Notes under the pieces: model-generated
Told to the model about the DNA's origin: nothing
The model's input: only the letters and a program-made list of their open reading frames with translations
Databases searched by the model: none
Assembly (NCBI GenBank): GCA_965267575.1
Contig: OZ254086.1
Location: forward strand, 3,424,001-3,488,000
Origin: Calditrichales bacterium
GTDB lineage: Bacteria > Calditrichota > Calditrichia > Calditrichales > J004
Direction: 5' to 3'
DNA: 64,000 bases
Translations under genes and position numbers: made by a program
Shown here: in pieces, positions 39,731 through 48,011 of the stretch
Numbering within the stretch: the first letter of the stretch is position 1
How the letters are laid out: each line of letters opens with the position of its first letter

Positions 39731-39967
39731 TTACTCTTCCGGGCAGCCTGGCCTTTGATATATGATCTTTCGAATGGTTTCATATTGCAGATAAGGATAT
39801 TCTTCCTGCAACATTTCTATAATCTCGTAGGTGGGATATTTGCGGCGAAGTGTCTTAAAACGCTGTCGGATGGCGAAATCGCGCAATCCTTTTTCGCGTA
39901 TCAGGTTATTTTTTCTTAGAAAATGGAAGGTGTCATCAGTAAGATGATCTTTGAGTGGATTGTACAT
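39731..39967 (-). CDS. Small basic protein, possible Mor-like HTH DNA-binding protein
   Basis: 78 aa; AAGGAG SD; RDFAIRQRF...YPYLQYETIRKIIY. Confidence 0.65.
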   Translation of the reverse strand: MYNPLKDHLTDDTFHFLRKNNLIREKGLRDFAIRQRFKTLRRKYPTYEIIEMLQEEYPYLQYETIRKIIYQRPGCPEE

Positions 39968-40053
39968 TGTTACGCTCCTTTTGCTGATCCATCATCTGTA
40001 AATTCGTAACAATGTTTTGTTGGGGCATGCTCCTTTTGTTAACAACTGGACAT

Positions 40054-40082
40054 ATCTTACGCAGTAATGTTTATGCAGGCAA
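40054..40082 (-). promoter_or_regulatory. Sigma70-type promoter of the 78-aa gene
   Basis: Minus strand TTGCCT-N17-TAAGAT. Confidence 0.5.
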
Positions 40083-40148
40083 GGGAAAAAATTATACCCT
40101 ATTTCCCGAGATGAAAAACCAACTTTACAAACCCCGTATTTGCATCTG

Positions 40149-40180
40149 AACACCTTAACACCTTAACACTTGAACACAAT
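40149..40180. repeat. Octamer tandem repeat
   Basis: AACACCTT AACACCTT AACACTTG AACACAAT. Confidence 0.75.
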
Positions 40181-40201
40181 AATCCCGCGTCCAACTCCGA
40201 T

Positions 40202-40230
40202 TTGCCTGAAACATAGACCTCCCGTAAATT
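40202..40230 (+). promoter_or_regulatory. Sigma70-type promoter of serS
   Basis: TTGCCT-N17-TAAATT. Confidence 0.45.
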
Positions 40231-40268
40231 TTTGACTTTATAATTATTCTGAACAAGGAAGGTAGCGC

Positions 40269-41552
40269 ATGCTTGATATCCGCTTTATTCGCGAAAACCC
40301 GCAACGTGTCAAAGAAGCCATCAAAGCCAAAAACGAAAACGCAGATGTAGACGCCATCTTAAACCTGGATGAACAACGTCGTGAAATAATCCGCCAGGCA
40401 GAGGCTCTCAAAAAGCAAAGAAACGATAACTCCGCTTTGGTGGGTCAACATAAAAAAGAGAAAAAAGACGCGGGCGAACTTATTGAAAAAACAAAACGCA
40501 TTTCCGCGCAAATAAAACAACTGGACCAGGAGCAGCAGGTTGTTGATAACGCGCTGGAAGACGCTCTAAGCCGCATACCCAACTTGCCCCATCCTACGAC
40601 GCCAATCGGTAAGAGTGCGGCAGACAATAAGGTGGTGAAAGAGTGGGGTACTTTTCCGAAATTTGATTTTAAAGCCAAGGATCATCTCACGCTCGGCGAG
40701 CAGCTCGATATCCTGGATTTTAAACGCGGCGGCAAAATCTCCGGCAGCGGTTTCCCGGTTTACAAGGGGCTGGGCGCCAGGCTGGAAAGAGCGCTGATCA
40801 ACTACATGCTGGACCTTCACATTGCAAAACACGGCTACACAGAGGTTTTTCCCCCCTTCGTGGTAAACCGCGAAAGTATGTACGGCACGGGGCAAATCCC
40901 AAAGCTTGCCGAAGACATGTACCACATTGAAAAGGACGGTCTTTACCTGATACCTACGGCTGAAGTACCGGTCACCAACCTGCTGCGTGATGAGATTTTG
41001 AATGAGGCCGATCTTCCTGTTAAATATTGCGCCTACAGCGCCTGTTTCCGCCGGGAAGCCGGAAGTTACGGCAAAGACACGCGCGGCTTTCTGCGTGTTC
41101 ACCAATTTAACAAAGTGGAAATGGTCAATTTTGTTCATCCTGATATGTCCTATGATTTTCACGAGCAGCTTTTGCAGGAGGCAACCGAAATCCTCGAAGC
41201 GCTGGATCTGCCGTACCGCGTATTGCTTCTTTGCAGCGGCGATTTGAGCTTTGCCGCCGCCAAATGTTATGACATCGAAACCTGGTCTGTGGCCGAGAAC
41301 AAATGGCTGGAAACATCGAGTGTATCCAATTTTGAAGATTTTCAGGCGCGGCGCGCCGCTATCCGGTTCAAGAGCGGGCAGGGCGGCAAACCCGCTTTTG
41401 TCCATACGCTCAACGGCTCAGGCCTGGCGACATCAAGGCTGATTGTTTCGCTGATGGAGCACTACCAGCAGGCTGACGGTAGTATTAAGGTGCCGCAGGT
41501 TTTACGTCCCTATATGGGCGGTACAGACAGGATCGCCGCCAATGATCAGTGA
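40269..41552 (+). CDS. serS: Serine-tRNA ligase
   Basis: MLDIRFIR, LIPTAEVP, FRREAGSYG, RVHQFNKVE, HTLNGSGLA. Confidence 0.97.
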   Translation: MLDIRFIRENPQRVKEAIKAKNENADVDAILNLDEQRREIIRQAEALKKQRNDNSALVGQHKKEKKDAGELIEKTKRISAQIKQLDQEQQVVDNALEDALSRIPNLPHPTTPIGKSAADNKVVKEWGTFPKFDFKAKDHLTLGEQLDILDFKRGGKISGSGFPVYKGLGARLERALINYMLDLHIAKHGYTEVFPPFVVNRESMYGTGQIPKLAEDMYHIEKDGLYLIPTAEVPVTNLLRDEILNEADLPVKYCAYSACFRREAGSYGKDTRGFLRVHQFNKVEMVNFVHPDMSYDFHEQLLQEATEILEALDLPYRVLLLCSGDLSFAAAKCYDIETWSVAENKWLETSSVSNFEDFQARRAAIRFKSGQGGKPAFVHTLNGSGLATSRLIVSLMEHYQQADGSIKVPQVLRPYMGGTDRIAANDQ

Positions 41553-42168
41553 GCGTCAACTGCGTCTTGCCATGTGCGCTGTCGGCAGCGAGATGTACGA
41601 TCGCCGTTACATCGTTGCCAGCGACGGCAATATCAGTGTGCGTCTCGGTGAGGATAACATGCTGATCACGTCGTCGGGCGCCTGTAAAGGCAAAATGCGT
41701 CCCGATGACCTGGTGGTTGTATCGCTGAGTGGCGAAAAAAAACGGGGTATGGGCAGCCTTTCCAGTGAGTGGCAGATGCATAGCGCTATTTACAAAACGC
41801 GGGCCGATTTCAATGCCATCGTGCACGGCCATCCTTTGTTTGCGACTACCTTTGCGGCATGCGGACTGGCCCTGGACGAATATGTGTTGCCGGAGATCAT
41901 CACTACATTGGGACACATTCCGCTTGCCAGGTATGCCACGCCGGGCAGCGCCGCTGTTGGTGAAAACGTTAAAACACACATCAAACGCTATAACGCTGTA
42001 TTGCTGGAAAATCACGGCGTTGTTACCGCCGGCCGCAATCTGGACGAGGCCTTTCAGCATTTTGAACGTGTGGAACATGCCGCGCAGATTGTGTATCAGT
42101 CTCGCGTGCTTGGCAAATTGCAGACACTGGGCAAACGCGAGGTAGACGAATTATTGGGAGGCGATTAA
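41542..42168 (+). CDS. Class II aldolase/adducin family protein
   Basis: DGNIS, SSEWQMH, VHGHP, LLENHG. Confidence 0.88.
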   Translation: MISERQLRLAMCAVGSEMYDRRYIVASDGNISVRLGEDNMLITSSGACKGKMRPDDLVVVSLSGEKKRGMGSLSSEWQMHSAIYKTRADFNAIVHGHPLFATTFAACGLALDEYVLPEIITTLGHIPLARYATPGSAAVGENVKTHIKRYNAVLLENHGVVTAGRNLDEAFQHFERVEHAAQIVYQSRVLGKLQTLGKREVDELLGGD

Positions 42169-42177
42169 GCAATCGCT

Positions 42178-42924
42178 ATGAAAAAAATTATACTGTTTGT
42201 GCGAACGGTTTTTGCGTTTATCGTAATTTTTTTTGGCAGTATGACCGGCGCCATGCTCTGCATCCTTGGCGGGATAATCGATCCATATTCCAAATTCAAC
42301 ACCACCGTAATCAAGATTTGGGCGTCGACGATTTTGTCGGCTTCCGGCGTAAAGGTGGTAGTTGAAGGAAAAGAAAACCTGTCAGCGGAACGTTTCTCAA
42401 TTTATGCCGCTAACCACATGAGTTCATTCGATATCATGGCGATGGTTAAAGCTATCCCTGAGACGGCCCGTTTTATCGCCAAGAAAGAGCTTTTTAAGAT
42501 TCCGGTTTTTGCGCAGGGCATGCGGGCCAGCGGCATGATAGAAGTGGACCGGGGCAACAGCGCCGCCGCACGGGCAAGCATGGATCGGGCCATAAGCACG
42601 ATCAAAAACGGTTGTTCCGTGATTATTTTTCCTGAAGGTACGCGCAGCAAGGATGGCACAATTCATCCCTTTAAAAAGGGCGGCTTTATCCTGGCCATCA
42701 AAGGCGGAATACCGGTGATTCCTACGGTGATTCAGGGCTCTCAACATGTTACGCCTCCGGGCGATAAAATGATTTATCCCGGAACGATTCTTATCCGCTT
42801 TTTGCCGCCGATTGAAGCGGGAAGCTATAGCTATGATGCGCGCAACGACATGATTCGCGACGTCCAGCACCGCGTTGTTGCCGACTTTGATCCCGATTAC
42901 AACCGTGGAGACCATTATGCCTGA
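42178..42924 (+). CDS. plsC: 1-acyl-sn-glycerol-3-phosphate acyltransferase
   Basis: NHMSSFD, FPEGTRS. Confidence 0.88.
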   Translation: MKKIILFVRTVFAFIVIFFGSMTGAMLCILGGIIDPYSKFNTTVIKIWASTILSASGVKVVVEGKENLSAERFSIYAANHMSSFDIMAMVKAIPETARFIAKKELFKIPVFAQGMRASGMIEVDRGNSAAARASMDRAISTIKNGCSVIIFPEGTRSKDGTIHPFKKGGFILAIKGGIPVIPTVIQGSQHVTPPGDKMIYPGTILIRFLPPIEAGSYSYDARNDMIRDVQHRVVADFDPDYNRGDHYA

Positions 42925-43549
42925 TCTGAATATTACCATCCTTGATCATCCCCTTATTCAACAAAAGCTGTTTTACCTGCGCGACAAGCGTACGAACAAT
43001 CTTAATTTCCGCACGATGCTCAACGAGATTGCCGGGTTGATGGTATATGAAATCACCCGTGAATTGCCGGTACGTGCGCGTGAGATGGAGACCCCGCTGG
43101 AAAAAACCACCGGGTATGTTCTTGCCAAAACAGTTACGCTGGTGCCAATTTTAAGGGCCGGCCTGGCCATGTGTGACGGCGTATTGAGCCTTATCCCGCA
43201 CGCCCGGGTGGGGCACGTTGGTTTGTATCGTGACAAGGATTCGCTGAAGCCGGTGGAGTATTATGTGAAATTTCCTTCGGACATGAAGGATTCAGAGATT
43301 TTGGTGATTGATCCGATGCTGGCTACGGGTGGTAGTGCAGCGGCAGCAGTTGATGTGGTGAAAAAGTATGGCGGTAAAAATATTTCTTTCATGTGCCTGG
43401 TCGCGGCGCCCGAAGGTGTGCGTGTTTTGCAGGGTGCCCATCCCGATGTACCCATTTTTACGGCCGCGCTGGATCGCGAACTGAACAGCAAAGGCTATAT
43501 TTTGCCGGGTCTGGGTGATGCCGGTGACAGGATTTACGGAACAGAATAA
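42917..43549 (+). CDS. upp: Uracil phosphoribosyltransferase
   Basis: HPLI, PILRAG, DPMLATGGS, PGLGDAGDR; GGAG SD before ATG 42917. Confidence 0.96.
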   Translation: MPDLNITILDHPLIQQKLFYLRDKRTNNLNFRTMLNEIAGLMVYEITRELPVRAREMETPLEKTTGYVLAKTVTLVPILRAGLAMCDGVLSLIPHARVGHVGLYRDKDSLKPVEYYVKFPSDMKDSEILVIDPMLATGGSAAAAVDVVKKYGGKNISFMCLVAAPEGVRVLQGAHPDVPIFTAALDRELNSKGYILPGLGDAGDRIYGTE

Positions 43550-43604
43550 TAATTTTATGAAAGAATAATTCAGCGTTTGGAATTCGAAATTAAACTACTT
43601 AAGT

Positions 43605-43636
43605 AACAATCCAACAATTCATTAATTCAACCATCC
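43605..43636. repeat. Degenerate octamer tandem repeat
   Basis: AACAATCC AACAATTC ATTAATTC AACCATCC. Confidence 0.5.
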
Positions 43637-45267
43637 ATGTTTTCTGCATTAAAAATAACCACCCGGTTGCGCCCGCTGTTTTTTGCCTGATACAGCGCTT
43701 TATCCACGTTTATCATAAGGGCTTCAATATCTTTAGCGTCGCAGGGAAAGCTGGCAACACCCATGCTTATCGTAAGTCTTTTGCCGGGTTGGTTTTGCTC
43801 TTTGTGGAAGTTTTCCTGTTCGACCAGTTTATGAAGTTTTTCGGCGATTACGGATGCCTCTTTTTTTGTTAGCTCCGGCAAGAGCACCACAAATTCTTCA
43901 CCACCGTAACGGGCAACCATGTCGGTGCGCCTCGTATTGTCATCAACCAGTTTAGCGATTTTCTTCAAAATCTGGTCTCCGGCCTGGTGGCCGTTCTTAT
44001 CGTTATAGTTTTTAAAATGATCGATATCGAACATCAGGATCGAGAAAACGGTGTTAAAGCGTTGTACACGGTTTACCTCACGCTCCAGCTCGCGCATCAG
44101 GTGGCGGTAGTTATATACGCCGGTCAGACCGTCTGTAATCGCCTGCTGCTCCTTGATCTTGTAAGTTTCCAGCAAACGGTGATAAAGCAGCATATTTTCG
44201 TATATCGTTCCAACTGTTTGCACAAACGATTTAAGAATACGCACTTCGTACGTGGCCAGGCTTTCTTCCTCGAAGCCTTTATCTATGTAAATGATGTACT
44301 TGGAAGGCTGCGCCGGCTGCTCCCCGTCTGAGACGGAACGCAAAATCTGTGTGGCATCGCTGCGCGCCGAAAGATCGCTCAGGTTGCTCAGGATAAATGA
44401 TGTCGATTCAAAAACCTGGCTGATATCTTCCAGGCGGTTTTCCGAGATTTCCTCGTAATTATGCAGCCAGATCAGACCTCCCTGTTCGCGCATGCGCTTC
44501 AAAAAGCCGTCTCCCAGAAAGAGCTTTTTGCCCATAAGCATTTTGCGCTCGATGCCGGCGAAGTAAAGCGGCTTTAGCCTGCCATTGTTGCGGCCCAGTT
44601 CAAAAATAACGCATCTTTGAAGCTTAAAACCTTCCAGCGTTTTAGCGGGCAGCATGCTTAATATCAGGTCCGGGTTTTCCGTTTTGCGCAGTTCATTGGC
44701 CAGGTTATTCAGGTAAAACAGACGATCGTTGTATTGGGAAAGCTCTTCCTTGGACTCCGTCAGCTCTTTATTGAGACGTGCCAGGTTTTCGTTGGCGGTT
44801 TCCATTTCGATGATCTTTGACGAAAGTTTTTCAACAAGCTGGATGGTGTACTTTTTGAGATAAACTTCCTGCTGTTCGCTGCTGAGTTTGTCTCGGCGAC
44901 CTTTGAGAAACTGGTCAACATTCAGCAGAAATTCATTCACATTGATTGGCTTGTTGATGAAGCCATCGCAGCCTGCGGCCAGCGTCAGTTCCTTGATGTC
45001 TTCACGCGTTTCGGCGGTTAGGGCTATGACCGGAGTATCTTTCGTCTCCTGCATGCTTTTCAGAAGCGTGGTTACTTCAAAGCCCTGCATGTCGGGCAGG
45101 ATCAAATCAATTATAACGAGATCGGGACGTACTTCTTTGGCCACGCGTATACCTTCCAGGGCGCGCCCGGCACCATAGAATGCATATCCCTTCATATGCA
45201 GAATATCCGCCATCAACGAACGCGTTTCCGCGTCGTCTTCTATATAAAGAATACGTTTTTTGGCCAT
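43627..45267 (-). CDS. Response-regulator diguanylate cyclase (REC-coiled coil-GAF-like-GGDEF)
   Basis: YIEDD, IDLILP receiver; TDGLTG, DIDHFK, I-site RRTD and RYGGEEF. Confidence 0.92.
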   Translation of the reverse strand: MAKKRILYIEDDAETRSLMADILHMKGYAFYGAGRALEGIRVAKEVRPDLVIIDLILPDMQGFEVTTLLKSMQETKDTPVIALTAETREDIKELTLAAGCDGFINKPINVNEFLLNVDQFLKGRRDKLSSEQQEVYLKKYTIQLVEKLSSKIIEMETANENLARLNKELTESKEELSQYNDRLFYLNNLANELRKTENPDLILSMLPAKTLEGFKLQRCVIFELGRNNGRLKPLYFAGIERKMLMGKKLFLGDGFLKRMREQGGLIWLHNYEEISENRLEDISQVFESTSFILSNLSDLSARSDATQILRSVSDGEQPAQPSKYIIYIDKGFEEESLATYEVRILKSFVQTVGTIYENMLLYHRLLETYKIKEQQAITDGLTGVYNYRHLMRELEREVNRVQRFNTVFSILMFDIDHFKNYNDKNGHQAGDQILKKIAKLVDDNTRRTDMVARYGGEEFVVLLPELTKKEASVIAEKLHKLVEQENFHKEQNQPGKRLTISMGVASFPCDAKDIEALMINVDKALYQAKNSGRNRVVIFNAENMDG

Positions 45268-45382
45268 TAAACCCGCTTATCACACAAAAAGATGATTGTT
45301 GATACTCGTTATTATGGAACAAAAGTTTATTGCTTTTCGACAGGGAATAGAACTAATATGCTAAAATACGATTCGGCGGTTA

Positions 45383-47161
45383 TTATTCAAGCCTTTTAAT
45401 ACAAAGCACCGTTATATCGTCGTCTTTGGTGGGGTCTCCGGCAAATTCATAGAGCGCTTCAATAAGCTTTTTGTTGAGTTCTTCGCAATTGAGGCTTTTT
45501 TCAATATGCGTATAAAAATCGATAACGCGCTCTTCATCAAACGGCTCTTCCTGTGGGCTCATTGCTTCGGTTACGCCGTCTGTAAACATGGTCAGCAGAG
45601 AGCTTGGCGGCATTTCCACTTCGCCGGTCTCATATTCCATGTCGGCCATCATGCCAAGAATAATGCCACCCTTGTCGAGCACGTCAAACGTATTGTCGCT
45701 ATGAAAAAGGTAGGGCGGGTTATGTCCCGCGTTTACATAGCTTAGTTTATTTGTGTTTGTGTTAAGGCGGGCAATAAAGAATGTAATGTACTTTTCCACG
45801 CTTGTGTTCTGAAAAATAAGATTATTCAGGCGGAAGGTCATTTCCGCCAGGGAGATCGGCTCGTTTTGCAGAGTGCGGATACCGGCCTGCAGGTTGGACA
45901 TCAGCAGCGACGCGGGCATGCCCTTACCTGAGACATCCGCTATGGTCAACAGCACTTCTTCATGGTTAAGCTGGATGATGTCAAAATAGTCGCCGCCAAC
46001 ATGCTTGCTTGGAATGTTGATGCCATGAATGTTAAAACGACTGATCTTCGGCATGGCGGACGGCAACAGACGGCTTTGGATGCTTTTAGCCAGCGCCAGC
46101 TCTTCTTCCAGGCGCTTCTTCTCCAGCGTCTCCTCGAACAGGCGCGCGTTTTCAAGCGAAATGATGGCAATGTTGGCCAGTGTGGAGAGGAAATCCATTT
46201 CGCCGGAGTTGTAGGGCTCTTTGTTCATTTTTGGCCCCAGAAAAATGTAGCCCTGCACGCGGCCCTGCAATACCATCGGTGTAATGACTTGTACGTTGGC
46301 CTCATGCAGCCTTTTCTCAACCCTGGATCCGGACGCGTTGATGATATGGGGAGCAGACGATTCCGCCAAAGGGTCCGCTGCATCCCAAACCGATTGGACA
46401 TTCAGCTTGTTAAAAGACAAGCCCTTTTTAAAAACAGTAATAAGCTCTTTTGATTCCTCGTCCTGGCACAGGGCAACAATAAATTGATTGATCAGCATTT
46501 GTCCCATGAGCGAATAGGAGAGTCGTTTGAGGATTTCGTCCTGTTCAAAAACGCGGTTTAATTCTTTGCCTATTTCGAACAGCGTATTCAGTTCCTGAAC
46601 TTTGTGGTCCAGCTGCCGGTTTACCTGGCTCAGCTTATCCACCACTCTGGCATTTTCAATGGCCGGCGCGGCAATCATGCCGAGCGATTTCAAAAAGTGG
46701 ATCTCTTCTTCTTCGTAAGGCTTTTGAGTGAGCTTTTTACCGTAGGTCATAAGACCGCGCAGCTCTCCGCGGCTTTGAATGGGAATAATCAGGTCAATTT
46801 TGTTGGTGACAAAAAGGTCAGGTGCATCCGCACCCAGTTGCTCGCTAAAAAATACATCTTTGGGCTGGTTCTTAAGCTGAATTTCCTGACCGATAAGGTC
46901 GCGCGGCAGGCCCTTTACCGTTGATACCGTAAAACGACGCGGGTCTTGCGGTTGCGGCAGCAGGATACAGCCCTTGCCGATCATCATGCGGCCCATCGGA
47001 ACAAACAGCAGGTTGGATAAAATGGCGGAAAGGTCGAGCGTGCTGTTCAGCGATTGGCTTAATTCAAACAAAGCCGACAGCTCTATGTGGCGTCTGTCCA
47101 GGTTTTCCGCGGAGAGATTTTCCTGGTTCCTTAAGCGGAAACTGCTGAGATACTCGCTCAT
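45383..47161 (-). CDS. RsbU-like PP2C (SpoIIE) phosphatase with two GAF domains
   Basis: GGDYFD, IADVSGKG, NAGH, FTDGV, DDIT. Confidence 0.9.
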   Translation of the reverse strand: MSEYLSSFRLRNQENLSAENLDRRHIELSALFELSQSLNSTLDLSAILSNLLFVPMGRMMIGKGCILLPQPQDPRRFTVSTVKGLPRDLIGQEIQLKNQPKDVFFSEQLGADAPDLFVTNKIDLIIPIQSRGELRGLMTYGKKLTQKPYEEEEIHFLKSLGMIAAPAIENARVVDKLSQVNRQLDHKVQELNTLFEIGKELNRVFEQDEILKRLSYSLMGQMLINQFIVALCQDEESKELITVFKKGLSFNKLNVQSVWDAADPLAESSAPHIINASGSRVEKRLHEANVQVITPMVLQGRVQGYIFLGPKMNKEPYNSGEMDFLSTLANIAIISLENARLFEETLEKKRLEEELALAKSIQSRLLPSAMPKISRFNIHGINIPSKHVGGDYFDIIQLNHEEVLLTIADVSGKGMPASLLMSNLQAGIRTLQNEPISLAEMTFRLNNLIFQNTSVEKYITFFIARLNTNTNKLSYVNAGHNPPYLFHSDNTFDVLDKGGIILGMMADMEYETGEVEMPPSSLLTMFTDGVTEAMSPQEEPFDEERVIDFYTHIEKSLNCEELNKKLIEALYEFAGDPTKDDDITVLCIKRLE

Positions 47162-47622
47162 GCCTTTTCTTTACTTTTACTGTTTTTAAGATATTTGATG
47201 AGCTTTACCTGGTTTTTTACACCGGGATTAAAAGAGTAAATAACTTCGTCCATCAGCGTTTTCATCAGGTGAATGCCAAGGCCGCCCATTTTAGCCTCAT
47301 GGATATATTTGTTCAGGTCCGGTTTGGGCAGCGCGCCCGGATCGAACCCCGCTCCCTTATCGCTGATAACTATTTCAATCCGCCTCGCGTCATAATTCAC
47401 TTCAAGGTCGATCTTGCGGCGCGCATCAAACTTGTGGGCATGCTTTATCACATTGGTGCATGCTTCGTCCACGGCAAGAGAAATCTGATCGGCACGTTCT
47501 TCCACAAAACCCGCCTTTAAGGCCAAACTATGCACAAACTCCCGCACCACTTCCAGGTTATCCGTACGGCTGGGAAAGCGAATCTTATAGTTTTGCTTGC
47601 CAGTTCTTTTCATATTATTCAC
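47158..47622 (-). CDS. RsbW/SpoIIAB-like anti-sigma factor Ser/Thr kinase
   Basis: LAVDEACTNVIKHA, DKGAGFD, GGLGIHLM. Confidence 0.9.
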   Translation of the reverse strand: MNNMKRTGKQNYKIRFPSRTDNLEVVREFVHSLALKAGFVEERADQISLAVDEACTNVIKHAHKFDARRKIDLEVNYDARRIEIVISDKGAGFDPGALPKPDLNKYIHEAKMGGLGIHLMKTLMDEVIYSFNPGVKNQVKLIKYLKNSKSKEKA

Positions 47623-47636
47623 TTTGGGATTTGTGC

Positions 47637-47990
47637 TTATTTGGAATCATTATAACGTTCTTTAGCTTCGCCTTCTTCATCAAAAATTTCATACAAGGCA
47701 GGAAAGCCCAGCAAATCAAATACTTTATAGACTTTGCGCGACATATTGCTCAGCTTTATGTCACCGCCTTTTTCGCGTATTTCTTCAATAAAACCCATAA
47801 ATACGCCAAGCCCGGCACTGCTTATATAATCCAGGTCTTTCATGTTAACGATTATTTTTACCCGTTCTTCTTCTATTAGCGAACTGAGCCCTTCCTCAAA
47901 TTGGGGGGCCGTGTGCGCGTCCAGAAATCCCTTCAGGTAAAGAACCGAAATTTCATCATGGTCCGATCGGTTTACTTCAAAACCACTCAT
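47637..47990 (-). CDS. RsbV/SpoIIAA-like STAS anti-anti-sigma factor
   Basis: GFLDAHTA, LDYISSAGLG with the phosphoacceptor Ser. Confidence 0.92.
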   Translation of the reverse strand: MSGFEVNRSDHDEISVLYLKGFLDAHTAPQFEEGLSSLIEEERVKIIVNMKDLDYISSAGLGVFMGFIEEIREKGGDIKLSNMSRKVYKVFDLLGFPALYEIFDEEGEAKERYNDSK

Positions 47991-48011
47991 TCAAGCCTCC
48001 AAATGGGTTTT

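Noticed and set aside
40149..40180. Repeat as a CRISPR remnant
   Set aside because: Units are 8 bp with no spacers and there are no cas genes; no CRISPR-like array was seen anywhere in the window
40566..41405. 279-aa antisense ORF inside serS
   Set aside because: Shadow ORF opposite a conserved gene
43540..43570. Strand switch near 43.6 kb as a replication terminus with a dif-like ATAA...TTATG
   Set aside because: The spacer is 5 bp rather than 6 and the arms match poorly; GC skew cannot be computed here
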